Source: Alphaproteobacteria bacterium (GTDB lineage: Bacteria > Pseudomonadota > Alphaproteobacteria > CAAGCB01 > CAG-977). From it: a DNA stretch of 64,000 bases. Location of the stretch: contig JAZNBT010000020.1 of assembly GCA_045587165.1 (NCBI GenBank), positions 20,603-84,602 of the forward strand. The letters run 5' to 3'. A program made the position numbers and the translations under genes. Position 1 is the first letter of the stretch. Every line of letters begins with the position of its first letter. This document shows, piece after piece, positions 19,615 to 28,025 of this stretch. The notes beneath the pieces were generated by a model. It worked only from the letters and a program-made list of their open reading frames with translations. It was not told where the DNA came from and ran no database searches.

Positions 19615-21108
19615 ATGTCTGATTCGTATTCTTTGGCAGATAAAATTATCCGAAAAACGGATGAATTAAAATCCAAACGAGTTAATTTTGAAAGGCTGTG
19701 GCAGGAAATATCGGAGCTGGTTCTGCCTCGAAAAGCGGATTTTACGGTCAGGCAGAAAGTCGGTGCCGTTCGTACAAGAAAATTATTTGAAACGACGGCC
19801 GTTAATGCCGCCGAAATTTTAGCGGCGGGATTGCACGGTCTGATGACAAATTCAGCCGGAAAATGGTTTTCCCTGTCCGTTCCGAAATATAAAGACATGC
19901 CTGAAATTTCTGATTGGCTTGTTCAAGCGGAACAAATTATTGCGGATGAAATCATACGACCGAGCGCCGGTTTTGCAACGAATATTCATGAAGTATATTT
20001 GGATTTGGCCGTTTTGGGGACAGCCGGATTGTATGTCGGTTGGAATGAAGAAAAGCAGGGATTGTTTTTTCAGTCGCGTTTTTTGGGAGAGTTGTTCTTG
20101 GAAGAAAATGCGGTTGGACAAATCGATCAGGTCTACCGTGTTTTTAAAATGTCTTTGGATAAAATCGTTCGGACATGGGGAGAAGATGTTTTGCCCGAAA
20201 AAATAAGGGCCGTTTTCAAAACCGGAAATCAAACGGAACGGGAATATGAAATCATTCACGCCGTTTTCCCGAATGTTTTATATGAAAACGGCAGTGTTTT
20301 TCAAAAACCGATCAGTTCGGTATATGTTTTAAAAGAAGAAAAAACATTGCTGTTTTCCGGCGGTTTTGAGGAAATGCCTTTGTTTGTCGCGCGTTGGAGT
20401 AAAGCGTGTACCGAAATATACGGCCGTTCTCCAGCCGCGGCCGTGCTGCCGGATATAAAAATGATTCAGGAAATGATGAAAGAAACGATTATTGCCGCTC
20501 AGTTGGCCAATCGTCCGCCGCTTTTGGTCAGAGATGACGATCAGTTCTCTCCGGCGGCAACGGTGCCGGGCGGTATTATCCGTTATACCGGTGAAGCGCC
20601 GAAAGCTTTTATCGGCGGGGCTAATTCAAGCATCGGCTTGGAAATCATGAATGAAATCAGAAACAGAATCAAAACGGCGTTTTACAATGACCGATTGATC
20701 GGTGTCGATAATGTGCGGATGACTGCGACCGAAGTTTTGCAAAGAACGGAAGAAAAAATGCGTTTGTTGGGACCTGTGTTCGGTCGTTTGCAGACAGGGC
20801 TGTTGGGACCGATGATGAATCGGATTTTTGGATTGTTGGTACGGCACGGCAGAATGTCTTTACCGTCCGGAATTTCTTTTTCCGATGTCAGAATCGAATA
20901 TGTGTCCCCGTTGTCTTTGGCGCAAAGGCATTTGCAAGCCAGAGCCGTTATGCAGACGTTGGAATTGGCGGAGGAATTTTTAAAAATTCAGCCTGAAGCC
21001 GCAAATGTGTTCAATGTTCCGGAAGCGATCAGAAAAATCGGCGAAATGTACGGTGTCAGCGCTGCTTTGTTTAATGTCGGGGGTGAAGAAAAAATAAATG
21101 ACGGATGA
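19615..21108 (+). CDS. Phage portal / head-to-tail connector protein, podovirus (T7 gp8-like) type
   Basis: 497 aa. Size and position upstream of the scaffold and capsid genes, with acidic helical content typical of portals. Confidence 0.6.
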   Translation: MSDSYSLADKIIRKTDELKSKRVNFERLWQEISELVLPRKADFTVRQKVGAVRTRKLFETTAVNAAEILAAGLHGLMTNSAGKWFSLSVPKYKDMPEISDWLVQAEQIIADEIIRPSAGFATNIHEVYLDLAVLGTAGLYVGWNEEKQGLFFQSRFLGELFLEENAVGQIDQVYRVFKMSLDKIVRTWGEDVLPEKIRAVFKTGNQTEREYEIIHAVFPNVLYENGSVFQKPISSVYVLKEEKTLLFSGGFEEMPLFVARWSKACTEIYGRSPAAAVLPDIKMIQEMMKETIIAAQLANRPPLLVRDDDQFSPAATVPGGIIRYTGEAPKAFIGGANSSIGLEIMNEIRNRIKTAFYNDRLIGVDNVRMTATEVLQRTEEKMRLLGPVFGRLQTGLLGPMMNRIFGLLVRHGRMSLPSGISFSDVRIEYVSPLSLAQRHLQARAVMQTLELAEEFLKIQPEAANVFNVPEAIRKIGEMYGVSAALFNVGGEEKINDG

Positions 21109-21391
21109 GGTTAAAAAAAGAAAAATCGGCAAGGCGCTGAGTTTGGTTCAAGCTTATAAAGCTGTTTTTTTATCTGAAAACGGGCAGATCGTTTTACGGG
21201 ATTTGGCCGATAAATGTCATATGCTGTCTCCGGTAACGGATGTGTCGAATCCGAACGGGTTTTCCGCCGCAAGTGCTTTTTACGACGGGAAACGGGCAGC
21301 TTTTCTGGACATTGTGAAAATGTCCGCTTGCGATGAGCAAAAGCTTGTCGCGTTATTGCAAGAAACTGAAAGGAATAAAAATGAATTATGA
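21098..21391 (+). CDS. Phage-module hypothetical protein
   Basis: 97 aa. The start overlaps the portal stop (ATGA coupling). Confidence 0.45.
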   Translation: MTDEVKKRKIGKALSLVQAYKAVFLSENGQIVLRDLADKCHMLSPVTDVSNPNGFSAASAFYDGKRAAFLDIVKMSACDEQKLVALLQETERNKNEL

Positions 21392-21947
21392 TTTGTCCAT
21401 GCCGCGGGAAGACTTTTCCGGCGATATGATTAAAGAAGTTATTGATGAGGACGCTTTTGAAGAGTTTAAAAGTTTGTCCGAAGAGTTGCGGTTGTCCGAA
21501 AAACAGTCGCAGGGAATTTGGGATTGGATCGTTGAAGGTGCTTTGCGGTTCGTAGACGATCTGAATGTAAAATCACGGGAATATTGTGCTGAAACCGAAA
21601 GTCGGTTGCGCAATGTTTACGGACGGGATTTTGAAGCAAAACAAAAAGCCGCGCAAAATCTGATTCGAAAATACGGCGGAGAAGAATTGGCGGATTTTTT
21701 GAAAGACAGCGGTATCGGAAATTGTCGTGAAATCGTTACTTTCCTGATTAAGCTGGCCGATGCGGCCGGCGAAGATCGCGGATTGGTCGGAGAAAAGTCG
21801 TCCGTTTTATCTTCCGAAGAAAAAATCAAAGCGGAAATCGCCAGATTGATGGCTGTGCCGGCCTATATGCAGGCCGGACACCCCGAACATGAAACAACGG
21901 TTCAGCAGGTGTATCGTCTCAGAAAACGATTGTTCGGTGAAGAATGA
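21381..21947 (+). CDS. Putative capsid scaffolding protein (gp9-like)
   Basis: Acidic helical protein between the portal and capsid genes. The M at 21381 with RBS GAAAGGA is preferred over the listed 21333 start. Confidence 0.45.
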   Translation: MNYDLSMPREDFSGDMIKEVIDEDAFEEFKSLSEELRLSEKQSQGIWDWIVEGALRFVDDLNVKSREYCAETESRLRNVYGRDFEAKQKAAQNLIRKYGGEELADFLKDSGIGNCREIVTFLIKLADAAGEDRGLVGEKSSVLSSEEKIKAEIARLMAVPAYMQAGHPEHETTVQQVYRLRKRLFGEE

Positions 21948-21972
21948 TCGTCTTTTGAAAACGAAACAAAGC

Positions 21973-21998
21973 GCTCCGTTCCGAACGGGGCTTTTTTT
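21973..21998 (+). terminator. Intrinsic terminator after the scaffold gene
   Basis: Stem gctccgt / acggggc followed by TTTTTTT. Confidence 0.5.
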
Positions 21999-22025
21999 AT
22001 ATTCAAAAAATGAAAGAGGAAAATT

Positions 22026-22925
22026 ATGAGCACACAAATCACAACTTCGTTTGTTAATCAATACAGTTCCAATATTCAGGCGTTGGTTCAGCAGAAAGGA
22101 TCCAAATTGCGCGATTTGGTCGGTTTTGAATCCGTGCGGGGAAAAGGAATGTTCATCGATCAGATCGGTCAGGTCGCCGCCGTTAAAAAAACAACGCGTC
22201 ATGCCGACACGCCGCAGACAGACACGCCTCATAAACGTCGTAATTTAAAATTGGATACGTATCATTGGGCCGATTTGATCGATAATGACGATAAAGTCAG
22301 AATGTTGATCGATCCCGCCAGCGATTATGCCAATGCCGCCGCTTGGGCGATGGGGCGCGCGATTGATGAAGCGATCGTTACGGCGGCTTTGGGGACGGCA
22401 TATACCGGTGAAACAGGTTCTATTCCCGTTGATTTGCCGTCGACACAAGTCGTTGATGCCGATTGTACGTCAAAATTTACATTTGATAAGTTGCGCGAAG
22501 TCAAGCGTATGTTCGATAAATGTGACGCCCCCAGCGAAGGACGCGTGATTGTTTTGTCCGCTCAGCAGCTGGACGACTTATTAAGTGAAACAAAGGTGAC
22601 GTCGGCCGATTATGCTTCTGCCAAGGCGTTGGTTCGCGGGGAGCTGGATACGTTTATGGGATTTAAGTTCGTTCAGTTGAATGCGAAAAACAGTTCCGGC
22701 GGTTTGATTTTGTCCGACGTAACGTCAACGGGCGATGCCGTGATCGGACGATCCTGTTTCGCTTTTCAGTCCGACGGTCTTAAGCTGGGGATCGGCCAGG
22801 ATATCGTTGGAAAAATTACGGAACGCGACGATAAATGTTTTGCAACGCAGGTCTATTACGAAATGTCGATCGGCGCCGTACGTATGCAGGAAGAACTGGT
22901 CGTTAAAATCAACTGTAAAGAGTAA
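22026..22925 (+). CDS. Major capsid protein (T7 gp10-like)
   Basis: 299 aa. RBS AAAGAGGAAAA. Position between the scaffold and tail-tubular genes, followed by a strong terminator as in T7 (T-phi analogue). Confidence 0.6.
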   Translation: MSTQITTSFVNQYSSNIQALVQQKGSKLRDLVGFESVRGKGMFIDQIGQVAAVKKTTRHADTPQTDTPHKRRNLKLDTYHWADLIDNDDKVRMLIDPASDYANAAAWAMGRAIDEAIVTAALGTAYTGETGSIPVDLPSTQVVDADCTSKFTFDKLREVKRMFDKCDAPSEGRVIVLSAQQLDDLLSETKVTSADYASAKALVRGELDTFMGFKFVQLNAKNSSGGLILSDVTSTGDAVIGRSCFAFQSDGLKLGIGQDIVGKITERDDKCFATQVYYEMSIGAVRMQEELVVKINCKE

Positions 22926-22938
22926 ATATTCTTTGAAG

Positions 22939-22968
22939 GCGGCAGGACACGTTTCTGCCGCTTTTTTT
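22939..22968 (+). terminator. Strong intrinsic terminator after the capsid gene
   Basis: 7-bp GC-rich stem gcggcag / ctgccgc with a 9-nt loop, followed by TTTTTTT. Confidence 0.65.
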
Positions 22969-22988
22969 ATTCCGTAAAGGAGGAAAAT

Positions 22989-23546
22989 ATGACTTCCATT
23001 GTTGCCGTTTGTAACAGGGCTTTATCTAAAATAGGTGACGAATTGATCATTACGTCCGTGGACGATGATACAAAACCCGCCCGGTATTGCAAAGCGCTGT
23101 ATGAAGATACGCGCGATTTTGTTTTAAGGTCTTATCCGTGGCGGTTTGCCTTGAAACGTTATGTTCTGGCGCCGTTAAAAGAAAAGCCGCTGTTCGGGTA
23201 CGATTATCAGTTTGTTGTACCGTCCGATTGTTTGCGTGTTTGGAAAACAAGTAATCAACAACGTTATCAGGTCGAAGGCAGGCATATTTTGGCGGACCGA
23301 AATTCTTTTTCTTTTATCGGTATTTCCAGAATAGAAGACGCCACTTTGTTTGATCCGATGTTCGTCGAGGCGCTTGCGCTGCGTTTGGCTGCGGAATTGG
23401 CCGTTCCTTTGACCGCGTCGGTTTCTTTAAAAGAAAATCTGGTGAAAGAATATCAGCAGTTTGTTCAACAGGCAAAAACAGCCTCCGCCATGGAAGGCGT
23501 TCAAGATGTTTATGTGCCGCAAGGATGGCTGGAGGCCAGAGTGTAA
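22989..23546 (+). CDS. Tail tubular protein A (T7 gp11-like)
   Basis: 185 aa. The N-terminal pattern VCNRALSKIGDELIITSVDDD...YPWRFALKRYVLAPL parallels T7 gp11 ([20 protein letters not shown]...RGWTFNIEEGITLLP). Confidence 0.6.
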   Translation: MTSIVAVCNRALSKIGDELIITSVDDDTKPARYCKALYEDTRDFVLRSYPWRFALKRYVLAPLKEKPLFGYDYQFVVPSDCLRVWKTSNQQRYQVEGRHILADRNSFSFIGISRIEDATLFDPMFVEALALRLAAELAVPLTASVSLKENLVKEYQQFVQQAKTASAMEGVQDVYVPQGWLEARV

Positions 23547-25549
23547 TGTCTTATGCCACTGCTTTGGTCAGATTTAATATCGGTGAAATTTCAGAGTTGA
23601 TGAGCGGACGTGTCGATACAGAAGAATATAAAGGCGCTTGTAAAATTTTGAAAAACTTTATTCCGTCCGTTCAAGGGCCCGTTTTCAGGCGCGGCGGTAC
23701 GCGCTTCGTCGCACAAACAAAATATCACGATAAGAAATCCAGACTTTTTTCTTTTCAATTTTCGGCGGAGCAATCTTACCTGTTGGAATTCGGAGATAAA
23801 TACGTACGCGTTTTTTATCATCGTAATCCGATCATTGATGAAAATGAAGCTCCTGTGGAAATAGCCATGCCGTATACGCACAACGATCTGGATAAGCTGT
23901 ATTTTTCACAATCGGGCGATGTTGTTTATATTGCTCATCCGGATTTTCCGTTAAGAACGGTTACGCGTTATTCTCAGACTGACTGGCGAACGCAAGAAGT
24001 GCAAATGACGGACGGTCCTTATCTGCCCGTTCATACCGGAGATATTTCTTTAACGCCTTCCGCAACGACGGGAAGTATTACCATTACGGCTTCAGATGAT
24101 GTTTTTGTTGCGTCCGATGTCGGTCGTCATGTCCGGATTATGCAACCAAACAATCCGAACGTTCAATGTGGAGCGGCTAAAATTACGGGTTTTAAAGATG
24201 CGCGTAATGTCAGTGCGACGGTATTTGGTGATTTTCCTTTTTTAAACACGACGGCGTCCAAATCATGGAGATTGGGTGTTTTCTCAAAAACAACAGGGTA
24301 TCCGGCCGTTGTTTCGTTTTTTGAACAAAGGCTTGTTTTGGGAAAAGGAAACGGCGTTTACGGATCGAAGATCGGACAATACGAAATTTTTTCGCCGACA
24401 TCGGCAAATGCGGCCGTAACATCGGAGTACGGTTACGGTTATGAGTTGTCTTCGGATCAGATAAATGATGTATGCTGGTTGTCTTCCGGTCGAGTATTGG
24501 CAATCGGAACGGTAGGAGCGGATTTCACTTTGGAAACCGTCGGTGGCGAGGGATCAATACCCATGAGCGTTAAAGTTCAACGCCACTCGACCTTCGGAAG
24601 CGAAACCGTCGCACCGGTGAAAGTCGGCGGCACGACGCTGTTCGTTCAGCATTATGGCAGAAAACTTCGCGCCTTTATGTATGACAGCAATTCCGACGGC
24701 TATGTCGCCAGAGATTTAACAACGTTGGCTTCTCATATAACATATGGCGGTATTAAAGAAATGGCTTTGCAGCAGGAACCCGTGCCGGTCATTTGGTGCG
24801 CGTTGAAAAACGGTTCTTTAGCCGGATTGACATACGAGGAGGCGGAATCCGTCGAGGCGTGGCATTCTCACGAACTGTCGGGAGCGTTCGTAGAGAGCAT
24901 TGTAACGCTGCCTTCGGAAAACGGCGGGAATGACGAATTGTTTTTGCTGGTTCGTCGGAATATTAACGGCGAAATAAAGCGTTATATCGAAGTTATGGAA
25001 ACAGGTATCGAGGAAAACGCCGAAGATTCGCAGGAATGTTTCTTTGTGGACAGCGGATTGTCATATCACGGAAAAAAAGTTTCTCGGGTTGCGGGGTTGG
25101 ATCATTTGGAAGGGGAAACGGTCGTCGTCTTGGCCGACGGGGCCGTTCAAACGGAAAAAATCGTTCAAAACGGTATCATCGATTTGGATACGCCCGCCTG
25201 TGTCGTACATGCGGGGTTGCCCTTTACTTCCGTTTTACAGACGATGCCGCTGGCCGGCGTCGGACACGACGGAATGTCCGAAGGATCGTCCAAACGTATC
25301 TCCGGTTTGTTGGTTCGTCTTTATAAAACGTTGGGGCTTTCCATCGGATCGTCGGAACACGTCGAAAAACAAAGTTTTCGAAATTTTTACGATCCGATGA
25401 ATTCACCTCCCGCGTTGTTTTCGGGCGATAAAAAGGTTTCGTTCAGCGCCGGATGGGGGCGTCTTTCCGATATCAGAATTGAACAGGATCAACCGTTGCC
25501 GTTGACGATTCTGGGTGTTTTTCCGTTGATTTCAATAAACAGAATATAA
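23546..25549 (+). CDS. Tail tubular protein B (T7 gp12-like) nozzle protein
   Basis: About 667 aa from the TAATG-coupled start at 23546 (listed 23525). Size, position after the gp11-like gene and beta-rich composition. Confidence 0.5.
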   Translation: MSYATALVRFNIGEISELMSGRVDTEEYKGACKILKNFIPSVQGPVFRRGGTRFVAQTKYHDKKSRLFSFQFSAEQSYLLEFGDKYVRVFYHRNPIIDENEAPVEIAMPYTHNDLDKLYFSQSGDVVYIAHPDFPLRTVTRYSQTDWRTQEVQMTDGPYLPVHTGDISLTPSATTGSITITASDDVFVASDVGRHVRIMQPNNPNVQCGAAKITGFKDARNVSATVFGDFPFLNTTASKSWRLGVFSKTTGYPAVVSFFEQRLVLGKGNGVYGSKIGQYEIFSPTSANAAVTSEYGYGYELSSDQINDVCWLSSGRVLAIGTVGADFTLETVGGEGSIPMSVKVQRHSTFGSETVAPVKVGGTTLFVQHYGRKLRAFMYDSNSDGYVARDLTTLASHITYGGIKEMALQQEPVPVIWCALKNGSLAGLTYEEAESVEAWHSHELSGAFVESIVTLPSENGGNDELFLLVRRNINGEIKRYIEVMETGIEENAEDSQECFFVDSGLSYHGKKVSRVAGLDHLEGETVVVLADGAVQTEKIVQNGIIDLDTPACVVHAGLPFTSVLQTMPLAGVGHDGMSEGSSKRISGLLVRLYKTLGLSIGSSEHVEKQSFRNFYDPMNSPPALFSGDKKVSFSAGWGRLSDIRIEQDQPLPLTILGVFPLISINRI

Positions 25550-25561
25550 GGAGATTAGAGT

Positions 25562-25972
25562 ATGGCTAAAAGTATTTTTCCGGCATTTATGAACAGCGCA
25601 AAAAATACGCTTAACTTGTTAAAAGAATGGCAGGATTCCAAAGAGACCGAAAAGGATTACCGTCGGCAGGCCGATAATGTAATGCGTACAAATTACAACG
25701 AAACGCAAAAGTTAAAGCGGGAAAAAGATGAAGAGAGAGGTGAGGCGATCGCGAAAGCCGGCGCTTCGGGGGTTGATGTGGCATCGTTTAATGATGCGTT
25801 GTTATATGGCGATTTAAAATCACGTCAAAAAATTTATGATAAAAAACAACAGGCGGCGGATCAGGCATATTCTTTGCGACGTCAGGCAAAAAGCGAGCGC
25901 GATAACCGAAAAAATAAAGCTTTTTCTTATTCTGTCGGTTTGCTGACGGATTTTAAAGGGTTGAGCGATTAA
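25562..25972 (+). CDS. Small charged virion-associated protein (T7 gp13-like position and size)
   Basis: 136 aa, highly charged and helical, immediately after the gp12-like gene. Confidence 0.4.
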   Translation: MAKSIFPAFMNSAKNTLNLLKEWQDSKETEKDYRRQADNVMRTNYNETQKLKREKDEERGEAIAKAGASGVDVASFNDALLYGDLKSRQKIYDKKQQAADQAYSLRRQAKSERDNRKNKAFSYSVGLLTDFKGLSD

Positions 25973-25992
25973 TTCCCTGAAGGAGATCTGTT

Positions 25993-26157
25993 ATGGGAAA
26001 TGTCAAAGAAGGAGTTACCATTTCCGCCGGTTTGACGGCTCCGGCCTGGATGCCGATTTTTAATGAATGGGTCGGCTGTTTAATCGGTATCGCCACGTTA
26101 ACGTATATTTGTGTAAAAATCTATGTACTGTTGTATCGTTCGGGAGCTTCCGAATGA
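25993..26157 (+). CDS. Putative holin (54 aa, single TM) not present in the ORF track
   Basis: MGNVKEGVTISAGLTAPAWMPIFNEWVGCLIGIATLTYICVKIYVLLYRSGASE with RBS GAAGGAGA. Its stop overlaps the endolysin ATG (ATGA at 26154). Confidence 0.5.
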   Translation: MGNVKEGVTISAGLTAPAWMPIFNEWVGCLIGIATLTYICVKIYVLLYRSGASE

Positions 26158-26612
26158 TTTCAAAAAAAGGCATTGATTTAATAAAAGCTTTCGAAGGCTT
26201 TGCTTCTTTGGAATATACGTGTGTCGCCGGCAAAAGGACAATCGGTTACGGCCATGTATTGGGACCCGATGAAAAATATGTTTGCGGTGTGTGCGAACGT
26301 GAAGCGGAAATTTTGCTGATGCGGGATTTGGATATGGCGGAGAAAGCGGTCGAGGATTTGGTTGAAGTACCTTTATCGGATTACCAGAAAGATGCCTTGG
26401 TCAGTTTTGTTTTTAACATCGGAATCAGGGCGTTTGAAAAATCCACTTTGTTAAAAAAACTCAATGAAGGCGGTTATGATCAGGTACCTAAACAGTTACA
26501 GCGTTGGATCTATGTCAACGGTCGCCCTTGCGACGGATTGATGCGTCGCAGGAAAGCGGAAGCCGGACTGTTTGTAAAATCGACGGGACGGAAAGGTCCC
26601 GTTTTTTCATGA
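26154..26612 (+). CDS. Endolysin, GH24 phage lysozyme (T4 lysozyme family)
   Basis: LIKAFEG catalytic Glu region and TIGYGH motif. The true start is the internal ATG at 26154 rather than the listed 26067. Confidence 0.85.
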   Translation: MISKKGIDLIKAFEGFASLEYTCVAGKRTIGYGHVLGPDEKYVCGVCEREAEILLMRDLDMAEKAVEDLVEVPLSDYQKDALVSFVFNIGIRAFEKSTLLKKLNEGGYDQVPKQLQRWIYVNGRPCDGLMRRRKAEAGLFVKSTGRKGPVFS

Positions 26613-26625
26613 AAGGAAAAAAATA

Positions 26626-26841
26626 ATGATTTGGGAAAATATTGTTTTATTTTTTGAACAGACCGTTTTTTGGTTTGGAACGATTGTCGGAGCCGCTTCG
26701 ATTATTGTGAAAGCAACGCCGTCACAGAAGGATGATGCTTTTTTGGCAAAAATAATCAAAGTGTTGGAGCTTGTTTCCATCGTGAATGCAAAGATTCAGG
26801 AAAACAAGGCAACGCCGCAAAAAGAACAAAATAATGACTGA
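26626..26841 (+). CDS. Small membrane protein of the lysis cassette (second holin or antiholin candidate)
   Basis: 71 aa with an N-terminal TM segment (FWFGTIVGAASIIV) and a charged tail. Confidence 0.4.
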   Translation: MIWENIVLFFEQTVFWFGTIVGAASIIVKATPSQKDDAFLAKIIKVLELVSIVNAKIQENKATPQKEQNND

Positions 26842-27040
26842 AACAACGGGTTTTGTTTGTATCGCAATAACATTGCCGATTTTATTGTTGTCGTTCTTTA
26901 CATATAAATTCGGCAGAACACGGGAAAGAATAGAATATGAACAGAAAAAATCAAAAATGTTGGCGCATATTCGTTATTTACGTTATCGGTTGGATGATGT
27001 TGATGTCATTAAACGCCTGCACGACAGGTTTAAACGGTGA
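26834..27040 (+). CDS. Putative i-spanin (Rz-like)
   Basis: N-terminal TM segment (FVCIAITLPILLLSFF) followed by a charged coiled-coil. The o-spanin ORF overlaps its 3' end in another frame. Confidence 0.45.
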   Translation: MTETTGFVCIAITLPILLLSFFTYKFGRTRERIEYEQKKSKMLAHIRYLRYRLDDVDVIKRLHDRFKR

Positions 27041-27146
27041 TTTTTGCGATATTTATTTGCCGGTGTTTCCCGATTATGAAAAAGATACGCCGGAAACAAT
27101 CCGGCAGATTGATAAAAACAATATTGTTTATCAGGAATGTTTATAG
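26937..27146 (+). CDS. Putative o-spanin (Rz1-like outer-membrane lipoprotein)
   Basis: Lipoprotein signal with lipobox (MMLMSLNAC) and a short mature peptide with Cys and Pro residues. Overlaps the i-spanin gene out of frame. Confidence 0.45.
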   Translation: MNRKNQKCWRIFVIYVIGWMMLMSLNACTTGLNGDFCDIYLPVFPDYEKDTPETIRQIDKNNIVYQECL

Positions 27147-27149
27147 AGA

Positions 27150-27178
27150 AACAGCCCGTTTAACGGGCTGTTTTTTTA
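27150..27178. terminator. Bidirectional intrinsic terminator between the lysis cassette and the convergent Sel1 gene
   Basis: Hairpin acagcccgtt-taa-cgggctgt with flanking A-run and T-run. Confidence 0.7.
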
Positions 27179-27940
27179 TCAATAAAAGCTCCGTTCTTCT
27201 TTTTTCCCTTCGGTATTTTCCTGCATTTCGGATCTGTCACGACGGCGTCTGGGTCTTTCTTCTTCGAAGCCCGCATCTTTTCCCTTTTCTTTAGTCCCCT
27301 TTTTATTCTTTGCCTGTTGCTCGCGTATCAAAGCTTCAATCAGAGGATTGTCAATGGTCGTTTTTTCTTCCCCTTGGACTTCGTATTGAGAAATGTTCAC
27401 TCCGAATTTTTGATATTCCTCTGCAATTGACGCTTCCATTCTGTCTAAATCCGCTTGCTGGCGTTGGTTAAACAGTTCGATTAATTGCAAAGTGCTTTGA
27501 ATCATCGGGTTGGCTTGAGAGATTTCATCAATGGTCATGCGTGCTTCTAACTTGTTTCGAAACGGTATGGCATCAGGATTACTCAACAAAACGGCAGTCT
27601 GATACCATTTGTATGCAAAAATGTTGCTTTGACTGACACCGTTGCCATGTTCATATAATTTCCCCAATTCCAACTGAGACGGAGTATGATTTCTCATCGA
27701 CGCAGAAGTAAAACAGTCCGCCGCCGCCGTATATGCATCGTCATTTGCGTCACTCAACAATAACATGCCGCGTTCATATAAAGCCTCCGGATCCGTCATT
27801 TTGGCACATACGGCGCTGGCGTTAAGATATTTTGCCAACATTTTTTCCTGTCCGCCTTCCGAAGTCTGAAAGGCTGTTTGCGCACAAACGCTGCCCGTCG
27901 CTATAAAAAAGAACAAAAAAGTAAGAAATGCCTTGATCAT
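27179..27940 (-). CDS. Secreted Sel1-repeat protein with a highly charged C-terminal tail
   Basis: Signal peptide MIKAFLTFLFFFIATGSVCAQ. Sel1/TPR-like repeats (GKLYEHGNGVSQSNIFAYKWY). The C-terminus is KKGTKEKGKD...RRRRDRSE. Confidence 0.7.
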   Translation of the reverse strand: MIKAFLTFLFFFIATGSVCAQTAFQTSEGGQEKMLAKYLNASAVCAKMTDPEALYERGMLLLSDANDDAYTAAADCFTSASMRNHTPSQLELGKLYEHGNGVSQSNIFAYKWYQTAVLLSNPDAIPFRNKLEARMTIDEISQANPMIQSTLQLIELFNQRQQADLDRMEASIAEEYQKFGVNISQYEVQGEEKTTIDNPLIEALIREQQAKNKKGTKEKGKDAGFEEERPRRRRDRSEMQENTEGKKEERSFY

Positions 27941-28025
27941 GGGATCATATCCTTAAATAATAACTTTACATCAATAACGATACGATTGTCATCTTTTTCC
28001 AAATTTTAAGCTAAATGGGCGAAAA

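Larger units (their letters stand above)
19283..27150 (+). mobile_element. T7-like (podovirus) structural plus lysis module: prophage remnant or domesticated phage-derived element
   Basis: Co-linear gp8-gp9-gp10-gp11-gp12-gp13-like genes plus holin, endolysin and spanins on one strand with overlapping or coupled starts. Terminators follow the scaffold and capsid genes as in T7. No terminase, integrase, tail fibre, gp14-16 or replication genes are visible in the window. Flanked by tgt and a Sel1-repeat gene. Confidence 0.6.
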
